NCBI GenBank assembly: GCA_038087875.1
Contig: JAXLNO010000136.1
Location: 1-64,000 of the forward strand
Direction: 5' to 3'
DNA length: 64,000 nt
Origin: Malacoraja senta
Taxonomy: Eukaryota
The position numbers and the translations under genes were made by a program. Below the pieces are notes generated by a model, which worked only from the letters and a program-made list of their open reading frames with translations, was not told the origin of the DNA and did no database searches. Shown one piece after another: positions 34,513-49,900 of the stretch; positions within the stretch are counted from its first letter, which is position 1; each line of letters starts with the position of its first letter.

Positions 34513-34631
34513 GTACAATCAGCAGGGATCTGACTCCCAATCAGCTGCTCCCTCTTGTCTGCGTCCACCAATCAGCGGCTTCCTTAAACCCACTTGTTTT
34601 TGAAGTGGAACTTGGAACGTTACAGATTTGG

Positions 34632-34974
34632 GCTCCTTTTTATCTCCTACCGGTCGTGTGTAGCTCCTCCCTCTGCGATCTCTCCAACGGCACTTGGACC
34701 TCTGTAAGGAACAAGCCCCGCGCTCCTTTTTAACTCCTACCGGTCGTGTGTAGCTCCTCCCTCTGCGACCTCTCCAACGGCTCTTGGACCTCTGTAAGGA
34801 ACAAGCCCCGCGTTCCTTTTTAACTCCTACCGATCGTGTGTAGCTCCTCCCTCTGCGATCTCTCCAACGGCTCTTGGACCTCTGTAAGGAACAAGCCCCG
34901 CGCTCCTTTTTAACTCCTACCGCTCGTGTGTAGCTCCTCCCTCTGCGATCTCTCCAACGGCTCTTGGGCCTCTG
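34632..34974. repeat. 90-bp tandem monomers, about 3.8 copies, at the CR1 5' end
   Basis: Units start at 34632, 34722, 34812 and 34902. Confidence 0.95.
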
Positions 34975-37900
34975 TGGCGACCTTGTCGGAAATGTGGCGA
35001 CCTTGCCGGATTTATGGCGACCTTGCCGGATTTATGGCGATCTTGCCGGAAATGTGGCGACCTTGCCCGATTTATGACGACCTTGTCGGATTTGCGGCGA
35101 ACGCCGAATTTATGGCGACCTTGCCGGAAATGTGCCGACCTTGCCGCATTTGTGGCGACCTTGCTGGATTTGTGGTGACCTTGCCGGATTTATGGCGACC
35201 TTGCCGGAAATGTGAAGACCTTGCCGGATTTGTGGCGCCCTTGCCGGATTTATGGCGACCTTGCCGGAAATGTGACGACCTTGCCGGATTTATGGCGACT
35301 TTGCCGGATTTATGGCGACCTTGCCGGAAATGTGGCGACCTTGCCGGATTTGTGGCGACCTTGCCGGATTTATGGCGATCTTGCCGGAAATGTGGCGACC
35401 TTGCCGGATTTATGACGACCTTGTCGGATTTGCGGCGAACGCCGAATTTATGGCGACCTTGCCGGAAATGTGGCGACCTTGCCGCATTTGTGGTGACCTT
35501 GCTGGATTTGTGGCGACCTTGCCGGATTTATGGCGGCCTTGCCGGATTTGTGGCGACCTTGCCGGATTTGAGGCGACCTTGACGGAAATGTTGCGACCTT
35601 GTCGGATTTATGGCGACAGCGGGAAATATGGCAACTTTGCCGGATTTGTGGCGACCTTGCCGGATTTGTGGCGACCATTCCTGATATATGGGGACCTTGC
35701 CTGAAATATGGCGACCTTGCCGGAAATGTGGCGGCCTTGCCGGATTTGTTGCGACCTTGCCGGATTGATGGCGATCTTGCCGGAAATGTGGCGACCTTGC
35801 CGGATTTATGACGACCTTGTCGGATTTGTGGCGAACGCCGGATTTATGGCGACCATATAATAACCATATAACCATATAACCATAACAGCACGGAAACAGG
35901 CCATCTCGGCCCTTCAAGTCCGTGCCGAACATTAAATTATTATTATTATTTTTTTTTAATTAAAAATAAAATACTTCCCCCTAGTCCCATCTACCTGCAC
36001 TCAGACCATAACCCTCCATTCCTTTCCCGTCCATATACCCATCCAATCTATTTTTAAAGGATAACATCGAACCTGCCTCCACCACTTCCACTGGAAGCTC
36101 ATTCCACACAGCTACCACTCTCTGAGTAAAGAAGTTCCCCCTAATGTTCCCCCTAAACTTCTGTCCCTTAATTCTCAAGTCATGTCCCCTTGTTTGAATC
36201 TTCCCTACTCTCCATGGGAAAAGCTTATCCACGTCCACTCTGTCTGACCCGCGCATAATTTTAAAGACCTCTATCAAGTCCCCTCTTAACCTTCTGCTCT
36301 CCAAAGAATAAAGACCTAACTTGTTCAACCTTTCTCTGTAACTTAGTTGCTGAAACCCAGGCAACATTCTAGTAAATCTCCTCTGTACTCTCTCTGATTT
36401 ATAAAGGCCAGCACACCAAAAGCTTTCTTTACCACCCTATCTACATGAGATTCCACCTTCAGGGAACTATGCACAGTTATTCCTAGATCCCTCTGTTCAA
36501 CTGCATTCCTCAATTCGCTACCATTTACCGTGTACGTCCTATTTTGATTTGTCCTGCCGAGATGTAGCACCTCACATTTGTCAGCATTAAACTCCATCTG
36601 CCATCTTTCAGCCCACTCTTCCAAATGGCCTAAATCTCTCTGTAGACTTTGAAAATCTACTTCATTATCCACAAAACCACCTATCTTAGTATCATCTGCA
36701 TACTTACTAATCCAATTTTCCACACCTTCATCCAGATCATTGATGTACATGACAAACAACAGTGGACCCAACACAGACCCCTGAGGCACCCCACCAGTCA
36801 CCGGCCTCCAACCTGACAAACAGCCATCCACCATTACTCTCTGGCGACCTCGCCGGATTTATGGCGACCTTGCCGGAAATATGGCGACCTTGCCGGATTT
36901 ATGGCGACCTTGCCGGAAATGTGGCGACCTTGCCGGATTTGTGGCGACCTTGCCGGATTTATGGCGATCTTACCGGAAATGTGGCGACCTTGCCGGATTT
37001 ATGATGACCTTGTCGGATTTGCGGCGAACGCCGAATTTATGGCGACCTTGCCGGAAATGTGGCGACCTTGCCGCATTTGTGGCGACCTTGCTCGATTTGT
37101 GGCGACCTTGCCGGATTCATGGCGACCTTGCCGGATATGTGGCGACCTTGCCGGATTTGCGGCGACCTTGCCGGATATATGGCGACCTTGCCTGAAATGT
37201 GGCGACCTTGACGGATTTGTGGCGTACTTGCTGGATTTATGGCGACCTTGACGGGGATGTGGCGACCTTACCGGATTTGTGGCGACCTTACCGGATTTAT
37301 GGCGACCTTGCCGGAATTGTGGCGACCTTGCCGGATTTATGGCGATCTTGCCGGAAATGTGGCGACCTTGCCGGATTTATGACGACCATGTCGGATTTGT
37401 GGCGAACGCCGGATTTATGGCGACCTTGCCGGAAATGTGGCGACCTTGCCGCATTTGTGGCGACCTTGCTGGATTTGTGGCGACCTTACCGGATTTATGG
37501 CGACCTTGCCGGAAATGTGGCGACCTTGCCGGATTTGCGGCGACCTTGCCGGATTTATGGCGACCTTGCCGGGAATGTGGCGATCTTGCTGGATTTATGG
37601 CGACATTCCCGGATTAATGGCGAACTTGCCGGAAATGTGGCGACCTTGCCGGACTTGTGGCGCATTGCTGGATTTGTGGCGACCTTGCGGAATTTATGGG
37701 TACCTTGACGGAAATATGGCGACGTTGCCGGATTTGTGGCAACCTTGCTGGAAATATGGCGACCGTGCCGGATTTATGGCGTCCTAGCCGGATTTATGGC
37801 GACCGTGCCGGAAATATGTCGACCGTGCCGGAGTTATGTCGACTTTGCAGATTTATGGCGACCTTGCCGGATTTATGGCGAATTTACCGGAAATATGGCG

Positions 37901-40900
37901 ACCTCGCCGGACTTATGGCGACCTTGCCGGATTTATGGCGCCTTGCCGGAAATATGGCGACCTTGCCGGATTTATGGCGACCTTGCCGCATTTGTGGTGA
38001 CCTTGCCGAATTTATGGCGACCTTGCCGGAAATGTGGCGACCTTGCCGGAAATGTGGCGACCTTGCCGCATTTGTGGCGACTTTGCTGGATTTGTGGCGA
38101 CCTTGCCGGATTTATGGCGATTTTGACGGGGATGTGGCGACCTTACCGGATTCGTGGCGACCTTGCCGGATTTATGGCGACCTTGCCGGAATTGTGGCGA
38201 CCTTGCCGGATTTATGGCGATCTTTCCGGAAATGTGGCGAACTTGCCGGATTTATGACGACCTTGTCGGATTTGCGGCGAACGCCGAATTTATAGCGACC
38301 TTGCCGGAAATGTGGCGACCATGCCGCATTTGTGGCGACCTTGCTGGATTTGTGGCGACCTTGCCGGATATATGGCTACCTTGCCGGAAATGCGACGACC
38401 TTGCCGGATTTGTGGCGACCTTGCCGGATTTATGGCAACCTTGCCGGGAATGTGACGACCTTGCCGGATTTATGGCGACCTTGCCGGATTTATGGCGACC
38501 TTGCGGGAAATGTGGCGACCTTGCCGGATTTGTGGCGACCTTGCCGGATTTATGGCGATGTTGCCGGAAATGTGGCGACCTTGCCGGATTTCTGACGACC
38601 TTGTCGGATTTGCGGCGAACGCCGAATTTATGGCGACCTTGCCAGAAATGTGGCGACCTTGCCGCATTTGTGGCAACCTTGCTGGATTTGTGGCGACCTT
38701 GCCGGATTCATGGCGACCTTGCCGCAAATGTGGCGACCTTGCCAGATTTATGGCGACCTTGCCTGAAATGTGGCGACCTTGACGGATTTGTGGCGACCTT
38801 GCCGGATTTATGGCGACCTTGTCGGATTTGCGGCGAACGCCGAATTTATGGCGACCTTGCCGGAAATGTGGCGACCTTGCCGCATTTGTGGCGACCTTGC
38901 TGGATTTGTGGCGACCTTGCCGGATTCATGGCGACCTTGCCGGATATGTGGCGACCTTGCCGGATTTGCGGCGACCTTGCCGGATTTATGGCGACCTTGC
39001 CTGAAATGTGGCGACCTTGACGGATTTGTGGCGTCCTTGCTGGATTTATGGCGACCTTGACGGGGATGTGGCGACCTTACCGGATTTGTGGCGACCTTAC
39101 CGGATTTATGGCGACCTTGCCGGAATTGTGGCGACCTTGCCGGATTTATGGCGATCTTGCCGGAAATGTGGCGACCTTGCCGGATTTATGACGACCTTGT
39201 CGGATTTGTGGCGAACGCCGGATTTATGGCGACCTTGCCGGAAATGTGGCGACCTTGCCGCATTTGTGGCGACCTTGCTGGATTTGTGGCGACCTTACCG
39301 GATTTATGGCGACCTTGCCGGAAATGTGGCGACCTTGCCGGATTTGCGGCGACATTCCCGGATTAATGGCGAACTTGCCGGAAATGTGGCGACCTTGCCG
39401 GACTTGTGGCGCATTGCCGGATTTGTGGCGAACTTGCCGAATTTATGGCTACCTTGACGAAAATATGGCGACGTTGCCGGATTTGTGGCAACCTTGCCGG
39501 AAATATGGCGACCGTGCCGGATTTATGGCGTCCTAGCCGGATTTATGGCGACCGTGCCGGAAATATGTCGACCGTGCCGGAGTTATGTCGACTTTGCAGA
39601 TTTATGGCGACCTTGCCGGATTTATGGCGAATTTACCGGAAATATGGCGACCTCGCCGGACTTATGGCGACCTTGCCGGATTTATGGCGCCTTGCCGGAA
39701 ATATGGCGACCTTGCCGGATTTATGGCGACCTTGCCGCATTTGTGGTGACCTTGCCGAATTTATGGCGACCTTGCCGGAAATGTGGCGACCTTGCCGGAA
39801 ATGTGGCGACCTTGCCGCATTTGTGGCGACTTTGCTGGATTTGTGGCGACCTTGCCGGATTTATGGCGATTTGGACGGGGATGTGGCGACCTTACCGGAT
39901 TCGTGGCGACCTTGCCGGATTTATGGCGACCTTGCCGGAATTGTGGCGACCTTGCCGGATTTATGGGGATCTTTCCGGAAATGTGGCGAACTTGCCGGAT
40001 TTATGACGACCTTGTCGGATTTGCGGCGAACGCCGAATTTATAACGACCTTGCCGGAAATGTGGCGACCTTGCCGCATTTGTGGCGACCTTGCTGGATTT
40101 GTGGCGACCTTGCCGGATATATGGCTACCTTGCCGGAAATGCGACGACCTTGCCGGATTTGTGGCGACCTTGCCGGATTTATGGCAACCTTGCCGGGAAT
40201 GTGACGACCTTGCCGGATTTATGGCGACCTTGCCGGATTTATGGCGACCTTGCGGGAAATGTGGCGACCTTGCCGGATTTGTGGCGACCTTGCCGGATTT
40301 ATGGCGATGTTGCCGGAAATGTGGCGACCTTGCCGGATTTCTGACGACCTTGTCGGATTTGCGGCGAACGCCGAATTTATGGCGACCTTGCCAGAAATGT
40401 GGCGACCTTGCCGCATTTGTGGCAACCTTGCTGGATTTGTGGCGACCTTGCCGGATTCATGGCGACCTTGCCGCAAATGTGGCGACCTTGCCAGATTTAT
40501 GGCGACCTTGCCTGAAATGTGGCGACCTTGACGGATTTGTGGCGACCTTGCCAGATTTATGGCGACCTTGACGGGGATGTGGCGACCTTACCGGATTTGT
40601 GGCGACCTTGCCGGATTTATGGCGACCTTGCCGGAATTGTGGCGACCTTGTCGTATTTGTGGCGGCCATGCCGGATTTATGGCGACCTTGCGGGAAATGT
40701 GGCGACCTTGCCGGATTTGTGGCGACCTTGCCGGATTTGTAGCGACCTTGTGGGATACGTGGCGATCTTGCCGGATTTATGGCGACCTTGCCGTAAATGT
40801 GGCGACCTTGCCGGACTTGTGGCGACCTTGCCGGATTTGTGGCTACCTTGCCGAATTCATGGCGACCTTGCCGGAAATATGGCGACCTTGCCGGATTTGT

Positions 40901-43900
40901 GGCAACCTTGCCGGAAATATGGCGACGTTGCCGTATTTATGGCGTCCTAGCCGGATTTATGGCGACCGTGCCGGAAATACTGCGACCGTGCCGGAGTTAT
41001 GGCGACTTTGCAGATTTATGGCGACCTTCCCGGATTTATGGCGACTTTACCGGAAATAGGGCGACCTCGCCGGAATTATGGCGACCTTGCCGGATTTATG
41101 GCGAACTCGCCGGCAATACGGCGACCTCGCCGGATTTATGGCGACCTTGCCGAAAATATGGCCACCTTGCCGGATTTATGGAGACCTTGCCGCATTTGCG
41201 GAGACATTGCCGGATTTATGGCGACCTTCCAGGAAATGTGGCGACCTTGCCGGATTTGTGGCGACCTTGCCGGATTTATGGCGACCTTGCAGGGAATGTG
41301 GCGACCTTGCCGGATTTATGGCGAAATTCCCGGATTAATGGCGACCTTGCCGGAAATGTGACGACCTTGCCGGAAATGTGGCGACTTTGCCGCATTTGTG
41401 GCGACCCCGCTGGATTTGTGGCGACCTTGCCGGATTTATGGCGACCTTGCCGGAAATGTGGCGAACTTGCCGGTAATGTGGCGACCTTGCCGGATTTGTG
41501 GCGGCCTTGCCGGATTTATGGCGAACTTGCCTGAAATGTGGCGACCTTCCCTGATTTGTGGCCACCTTGCCGGATTTATGGCGACCATGCCGGAAATATG
41601 GTGACCTCGCCGGAAATATGGTGACCTTGCCGCATTTATGGCGACCTTGCTGGATTTGTGGCGACCTTGCCGGATTTATGGCGACCTCGCCGGATTTATG
41701 GCGACCTTGCCGGATTTGTGGCGAACTTGCCGGATAGTTGGCGACACCGCCGGGAATGTGGCGACCTTGCCGGATTTGTGGGGACCTTGCCGGATTTATG
41801 GCGACCTTGCCTGAAATGTGGCGACCTTCCCTGATTTGTGGCCACCTTGCCGGATTTATGGCGACCATGCATGAAATATGGCGACCTTGCCGGATTTGTG
41901 GCGACCTTGCCGGAATTACGGCGAACTTGCCGGAAATATGGCGACCTTGCCGGATTTGTGGCGTCCTAGCCGGATTTATGGCGACCTTGCCGGGATTATG
42001 GAGACCTTGCCGGATTTCTGGCGACCTTGCCAGATTTATGGCGACCTTGCCGGCAATATGGCGACCTTGCCGGATTTGTGGCGACCTTGCCGGATTTATG
42101 GCGACCTTGCCGGTAATATGGCCACCTTGCCGGATTTGTGGCGACTTTGGCGGATTTATGGCGACCGTGCCATAAATATGGCGACCTTGCCGCATTTTGT
42201 GGCGACCTTGCCGGATTTATGGCGACCGTGCCGGAAGTATGGCGACCTTGCCGGATTTATGGCGACCTTGCCGGAAATATGGTCACCGTGCCGGAAATAT
42301 GGCGACCTTGCCGGATTTATGGCGACCTTGCCGGAAATGTGACGACCTTGTTGGATTTGTGGCGACCTTGCCGGATTTATGGCGACCTTGCCGGAAATGT
42401 GGCGACCTTGCCGGATTTGCGGCGACCTTGCCGGATTTATGGCGACCTTGCCTGAAATGTAGCGACCTTGACGGATTTGTAGCGACCTTGCCGGATTTAT
42501 GGCGACCTTGACGGAGATGTGGCGACCTTCCCTGATTTGTGACCACCTTATGGCGACCTTGACGGAGATGTGGCGACCTTCCCTGATTTGTGACCACCTT
42601 GCCGGATTTATGGCGACCATGCCGGAAATATGGCGACCTTGCCGGATTTGTGGCGACCTTGCCGGATTTATGGCGACCGAGCCGGAAGTATGGCGACCTT
42701 GCCGGATTTATGGCGACCTTGCCGGAAATATGGCCACCGTGCCGGAAATATGGCGACCTTGCCGGTTTATGGCGACCTTGCAGGATTTGTGGCGACCTTG
42801 CCGGAAAAATGGCGACATCGCCGGATTTATGACGTCCTTGTCGGATTTATGGCGACCTCGCCGGTTTATGGAGACCTTGCCTGATTTATGGCGACCTGTC
42901 CGGAAATATGGCGACCTCGCCGGATTGAAGGCGACCTTGCCGTCTTTCTGGCGACCTCGCCGGAAATATGGCGAACTCGCCGAATTTATGGCGACCTTGC
43001 TGGATTTGTGGCGACCTTGCCGGAAAAATGGTGACCTCACCGGATTTATGGCGACCTTGCGGGATAGGTGGCGAATTGCCGGATTTATGGCGACCTCGCC
43101 GGATTTATGGCGACCTTGGCGGGTTTGTGGCGTCCTTGACGGATTTATGGCGACCTTGCCGGGTTTATGGAGACCTTGCAGGATTTGTGGCGACCTTGCC
43201 AGATTTATGGCGACCTTGCCAGATTATGGCGACCTTGCCGGCAATATGGCGACCTTGCCGGATTTGTGGCGACCTTTGCCGGATTTATGGCGACCTTGCC
43301 GGAAATATGGCGACCTTGCCGCATTTTGTGGCGATCTTGCCGGATTTATGGCGACCGTGCCGGAAGTATGGCGACCTTGCCGGATTTATGGCGACCTTGC
43401 CGGAAATATGGTTACCGTGCCGGAAATATGGCGACCTTGCCGGATTTATGGCGACCTTGCCGGAAATGTGACGACCTTGCCGGATTTCTGACGACCTTGT
43501 CGGATTTGCGGCGAACGCCGAATTTATGGCGACCTTGCCGGAAATGTGGCGACCTTGCCGCATTTGTGACGACCTTGCTGGATTTGTGGCGACCTTGCCG
43601 GATTTATGGCGACCTTGCCGGAAATGTGGCGACCTTGCCGGATTTGCGGCGACCTTGCCGGATTTATGGCGACATCGCCTGAAATGTGGCGACCTTGACG
43701 GATTTGTGGCGACCTTGCCTGAAATGTAGCGACCTTGACGGATTTGTGGCGACCTTGCCGGATTTATGGCGACCTTGACGGAGATGTGGCGACCTTCCCT
43801 GATTTGTGACCACCTTATGGCGACCTTGACGGAGATGTGGCGACCTTCCCTGATTTGTGACCACCTTGCCGGATTTATGGCGACCATGCCGGAAATATGG

Positions 43901-46900
43901 CGACCTTGCCGGATTTGTGGCGACCTTGCCGGATTTATGGCGACCGAGCCGGAAGTATGGCGACCTTGCCGGATTTATGGCGACCTTGCCGGAAATATGG
44001 CCACCGTGCCGGAAATATGGCGACCTTGCCGGTTTATGGCGACCTTGAAGGATTTGTGGCGACCTTGCCGGAAAAATGGCGACCTCGCCGGATTTATGAC
44101 GTCCTTGTCGGATTTATGGCGACCTCGCCGGTTTATGGAGACCTTGCCTGATTTATGGCGACCTGTCCGGAAATATGGCGACCTCGCCGGATTGAAGGCG
44201 ACCTTGCCGTCTTTCTGGCGACCTCGCCGGAAATATGGCGAACTCGCCGAATTTATGGCGACCTTGCTGGATTTGTGGCGACCTTGCCGGAAAAATGGTG
44301 ACCTCACCGGATTTATGGCGACCTTGCGGGATAGGTGGCGAATTGCCGGATTTATGGCGACCTCGCCGGATTTATGGCGACCTTGCCGGGTTTGTGGCGA
44401 AATTGCCGGATAGTTGGCGACACCGCCGGGAATGTGGCGATCTTGCCGGATTTGTGGGGACCTTGCCGGATTTATGGCGACCTTGCCTGAAATGTGGCGA
44501 CCTTCCCTGATTTGTGGCCACCTTGCAGGATTTATGGCGACCATGCATGAAATATGGCGACATTGCCGGATTTGTGGCGACCTTGCTGGAATTACGCCGA
44601 ACTTGCCGGAAATATGGCGACCTTGCCGGATTTGTGGCGTCCTTGACGGATTTATGGCGACCTTGCCGGGTTTATGGAGACCTTGCAGGATTTGTGGCGA
44701 CCTTGCCAGATTTATGGCGACCTTGCCAGATTTATGGCGACCTTGCCGGCAATATGGCGACCTTGCCGGATTTGTGGCGACCTTGCCGGATTTATGGCGA
44801 CCTTGCCGGAAATATGGCGACCTTGCCGCATTTTGTGGCGATCTTGCCGGATTTATGGCGACCGTGCCGGAAGTATGGCGACCTTGCCGGATTTATGGCG
44901 ACCTTGCCGGAAATATGGTTACCGTGCCGGAAATATGGCGACCTTGCCGGATTTATGGCGACCTTGCCGGAAATGTGACGACCTTGCCGGATTTCTGACG
45001 ACCTTGTCGGATTTGCGGCGAACGCCGAATTTATGGCGACCTTGCCGGAAATGTGGCGACCTTGCCGCATTTGTGACGACCTTGCTGGATTTGTGGCGAC
45101 CTTGCCGGATTTATGGCGACCTTGCCGGAAATGTGGCGACCTTGCCGGATTTGCGGCGACCTTGCCGGATTTATGGCGACATTGCCTGAAATGTGGCGAC
45201 CTTGACGGATTTGTGGCGACCTTGCCGGATTTATGGCGACCTTGACGGGGATGTGGCGACCTTACCGGATTTGTGGCGACCTTGCCGGATTTTTGGCGAC
45301 CTTGCCGGAATTGTGGCGACCTTGTCGTATTTGTGGCGGCCATGCCGGATTTATGGCGACCTTGCCGGAAATATGGCGACCTCGCCGGATTTAAGGCGAC
45401 CTTGCCGTCTTTCTGGCGACCTCGCCGGAAATATGGCGAACTCGCCGAATTTATGGCGACCTTGCTGGATTTGTGGCGACCTTGCCGGAAAAATGGTGAC
45501 CTCACCGGATTTATGGCGACCTTGCGGGATTGGTGGCGAATTGCCGGATTTATGGCGACCTCGCCGGATTTATGGCGACCTTGCCGGGTTTGTGGCGAAA
45601 TTGCCGGATAGTTGGCGACACCGCCGGGAATGTGGCGACCTTGCCGGATTTGTGGGGACCTTGCCGGATTTATGGCGACCTTGCCTGAAATGTGGCTACC
45701 TTCCCTGATTTGTGGCCGCCTTGCAGGATTTATGGCGACCATGCATGAAATATGGCGACATTGCCGGATTTGTGGCGACCTTGCCGGAATTACGGCGAAC
45801 TTGCCGGAAATATGGCGACCTTGCCGGATTTCTGGCGTCCTTGCCGGATTTATGGCGACCTTGCCGGGATTATGGAGACCTTGCAGGATTTGTGGCGACC
45901 TTGCCAGATTTATCGCGACCTTGCCGGCAATATGGCGACCTTGCCGGATTTGTGGCGACCTTGCCGGATTTATGGTGACGTTTCCGGGAATGTGACGACC
46001 TTGCCGGATTTATGGCGACCTTGCAGATTTATGGCGACGTTGCCGGATTTATGGTGACTTTACCGGAAATAGGGCAACCTCGCCTGAATTATAGCGACCT
46101 TGCCGGATTTATGGCGAACTCGCCGGAAATATGGCGACCTCGCCGGATTTATGGCGACCTTGCCGAAAATATGGCCATCTTGCCGGATTTATGGCGACTT
46201 TGCCGCATTTGTGGAGACCTTGCCGGATTTATGGCGACCTTGCAGGAAATGTGGCGACCTTGCCGGATTTATGGCGAAATTCCCGGATTAATGGCGACCT
46301 TGCCGGAAATGTGACGACCTTGCCGGAAATGTGGCGACCTTGCCGCATTTGTGGCGACCCCGCTGGATTTGTGGCGACCTTGCCGGATTTATGACGACCT
46401 TGCCGGAAATGTGGCGACCTTGCGGATTTGTGGCGACCTTGCCGGATTTATGGCGACCTTGACGGGAATGGGGCGACCTTGCCGGATTTATGGCGACATT
46501 CCCGGATTAATGGCGAACTTGCCGGAAATGTGGCGACCTTGCCGGATTTGTGGCGACCTTGCCGGATTTATTGCGACCATGCCTGAAATGTAGCGACATT
46601 CCCTGATTTGTGGCCACCTTGCCGGATTTATGGCGACCATGCCGGAAATATGGCGTACTTGCCGGATTTGTGGCGACCTTGTCGGAAATATGGCCACCGT
46701 GCCGGAAATATGGCGACCTTGGCGGTTTACGGCGACCTTGCAGGATTTGTGGCGACCTTGCCGGAAAAATGGCGACCTCGCCGAATTTATGACGACCTTG
46801 CCGGAATTAGGGCGACCTTGCCGTATTAATGGCGACCTCGCCGCTTTATGGAGACCTTGCCGGATTTATGGCGACCTCGGCGGAAATTTGGCGACTTCGC

Positions 46901-49900
46901 CGGATTTATGGCGACCTTGCCGGATTTATGGCGACCTCGCCGGAAATATGGCGACCTCGCCGGATTTAAGGCGACCTTGCCCTCTTTCTGGCGACCTCGC
47001 CGGAAATATGGCGAACTCGCCGAATTTATGGCGACCTTGCTGGATTTGTGGCGATCTTGCCGGAAAAATGGTGACCTCACCGGATTTATGGCGACCTTGC
47101 GGGATATGTGGCGAATTGCCGGATTTATGGCGACCTCGCCGGATTTATGGCGTCCTTGCCGGATTTGTGGCAAACTTGCCGGATAGTTGGCGACATCGCC
47201 GGGAATGTGGCGACCTTGCCGGATTTGTGGGGACCTTGCCGGATTTGTGGCGACCTTGCCTGAAATGTGGCGACCTTCCCTGATTTGTGGCCACCTTGCC
47301 GGATTTATGGCGACCATGCATGAAATATGGCGAACTTGCCGGATTTGTGGCGACCTTGCCGGAATTACGGCGAACATGCCGAAAATATGGCGACCTTGCC
47401 TGATTTGTGGCGTCCTTGCCGGATTTATGGCGACCTTGCCGGGATTATGGAGACCTTGCCGGATATGTGGCGACCTTGCCAGATTTATGGCGACCTTGCC
47501 GGCAATATGGCGACCTTGCCGGATTTGTGGCGACCTTGCCGGATTTATGGCGACCTTGCCGGAAATATGGCCACCTTGCCGGATTTATGGCGACCATGCC
47601 GGAAATATGGCGAACTTGCCGGATTTGTGGCGACCTTGTTGGAAATATGGCCACCGTGCCGGAAATATGGCGACCTTGGCGGTTTACGGCGACCTTGCAG
47701 GATTTGTGGCGACCTTGCCGGAAAAATGGCGACCTCGCCGAATTTATGACGACCGTGCCGGAATTAGGGCGACCTTGCCGTATTAATGGCGACCTCGCCG
47801 CTTTATGGAGACCTTGCCGGATTTATGGCGACCTCGGCGGAAATATGGCGACTTCGCCGGATTTATGGCGACCTTGCCGGATTTATGGCGACCTCGCCGG
47901 AAATATGGCGACCTCGCCGGATTTAAGGCGACCTTGCCCTCTTTCTGGCGACCTCGCCGGAAATATGGGGAACTCGCCGAATTTATGGCGACCTTGCTGG
48001 ATTTGTGGCGATCTTGCCGGAAAAATGGTGACCTCACCGGATTTATGGCGACCTTGCGGGATATGTGGCGAATTGCCGGATTTATGGCGACCTTGCCGGA
48101 TTTATGGCGTCCTTGCCGGATTTGTGGCAAACTTGCCGGATAGTTGGCGACATCGCCGGGAATGTGGCGACCTTGCCGGATTTGTGGGGACCTTGCCGGA
48201 TTTGTGGCGACCTTGCCTGAAATGTGGCGACCTTCCCTGATTTGTGGCCACCTTGCCGGATTTATGGCGACCATGCATGAAATATGGCGAACTTGCCGGA
48301 TTTGTGGCGACCTTGCCGGAATTACGGCGAACATGCCGAAAATATGGCGACCTTGCCTGATTTGTGGCGTCCTTGCCGGATTTATGGCGACCTTGCCGGG
48401 ATTATGGAGACCTTGCCGGATTTGTGGCGACCTTGCCAGATTTATGGCGACCTTGCCGGCAATATGGCGACCTTGCCGGGTTTGTGGCGACCTTGCTCGA
48501 TTTATGGCGACCATGCCGGAAATATGGCGACCTTGCCGGATATGTGGCGACCTTGCCGGAATTACGGCGAACGTGCCCGAAATATGGCGACCGTGCCGGA
48601 AATACGGCGACCGTGCCGGAGTTATGGCGACTTTGCAGATTTATGGCGACCTTGCCGGATTTATGGCGACGTTACCGGAAATATGGCGACCTCGCCGGAA
48701 TTATGGCGACCTTGCCGGATTTATGGCGAACTCGCGGGAAATATGGCGACCTCGCCGGATTTATGGCTACCTTGCCGGAAATATGGCCACCTTGCCGGAT
48801 TTATGGCGACCTTGCCGCATTTGTGGAGACCTTGCCGGATTTATGGCGACCTTGCCGGATTTGCGGCGACCTTGCCGGATTTATGGCGACCTTGCCTGAA
48901 ATGTGGCGACCTTGACGGATTTGTGGCGACCTTGCCGGATTTATGGCGACCTTGACGGGGATGTGGCGACCTTACCGGATTTGTGGCGACCTTGCCGGAA
49001 TTATGGCGACCTTGCCGGAATTGTGGCGACCTTGCCGTATTTATGGCGTCCTGGCCGGATTTATGGCGACCGTGCCGGAAATACGGCGACCGTGCCGGAG
49101 TTATGGCGACTTTGCAGATTTATGGCGACCTTGCCGGATTTATGGCGACGTTACCGGAAATATGGGGACCTCGCCTGAATTATGGCGACCTTGTCGGATT
49201 TATGGCGACCTTGCCGCATTTGTGGAGACCTTGCCGGATTTATGGCGACCTTGCAGGAAATGTGGTGACCTTGTCGGATTTGTGGCGACCTTGCCGGATT
49301 TATGGCGACCTTGCAGGGAATGTGGCGACCTTGCCGAATTTATGGCGAAATTCCCGGATTAATGGCGACCTTGCCGGAAATGTGACGACCTTGCCGGAAA
49401 TGTGGCGACCTTGCCGCATTTGTGGCGACCCCGCTGGATTTGTGGCGACCTTACCGGATTTATGGCGACCTTGTTAGAAATGTGGCGACCATGCGGAGTT
49501 GTGGCGACCTTGCCGGATTTATGGCGACCTTGACGGGAATGGGGCGACCTTGCCGGATTTATGGCAACATTCCCGGATTAATGGCGAACTTGCCGGAAAT
49601 GTGGCGACCTTGCCGGATTTGTGGCGACCTTGCCGGATTTATGGCGACCTTGCCTGAAATGAGGCGACCTTCACTGATTTGTGGCCACCTTGCCGGATTT
49701 ATGGCGAACATGCCGGAAATATGGCGACCTTGCCGGATTTATGGCGACCTTGCCGGAAATTTGGCCACCGTGCCGGAAATATGGCGACCTTGCCGGTTTA
49801 TGACGACCTTGCAGGATTTGTGGCGACCTTGCCGGATTTATGGCGACCTTGCCTGAAATGTGGCGACCTTGACGGATTTGTGGCGACCTTGCCGGATTTA

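Larger units (their letters stand above)
30279..34974 (-). mobile_element. Near full-length CR1 LINE (5'UTR repeats, ORF1, ORF2, (CTATGTAT)n tail)
   Basis: ORF1 and ORF2 motifs as listed below; 8-bp tail at about 30279-30300. Confidence 0.97.
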
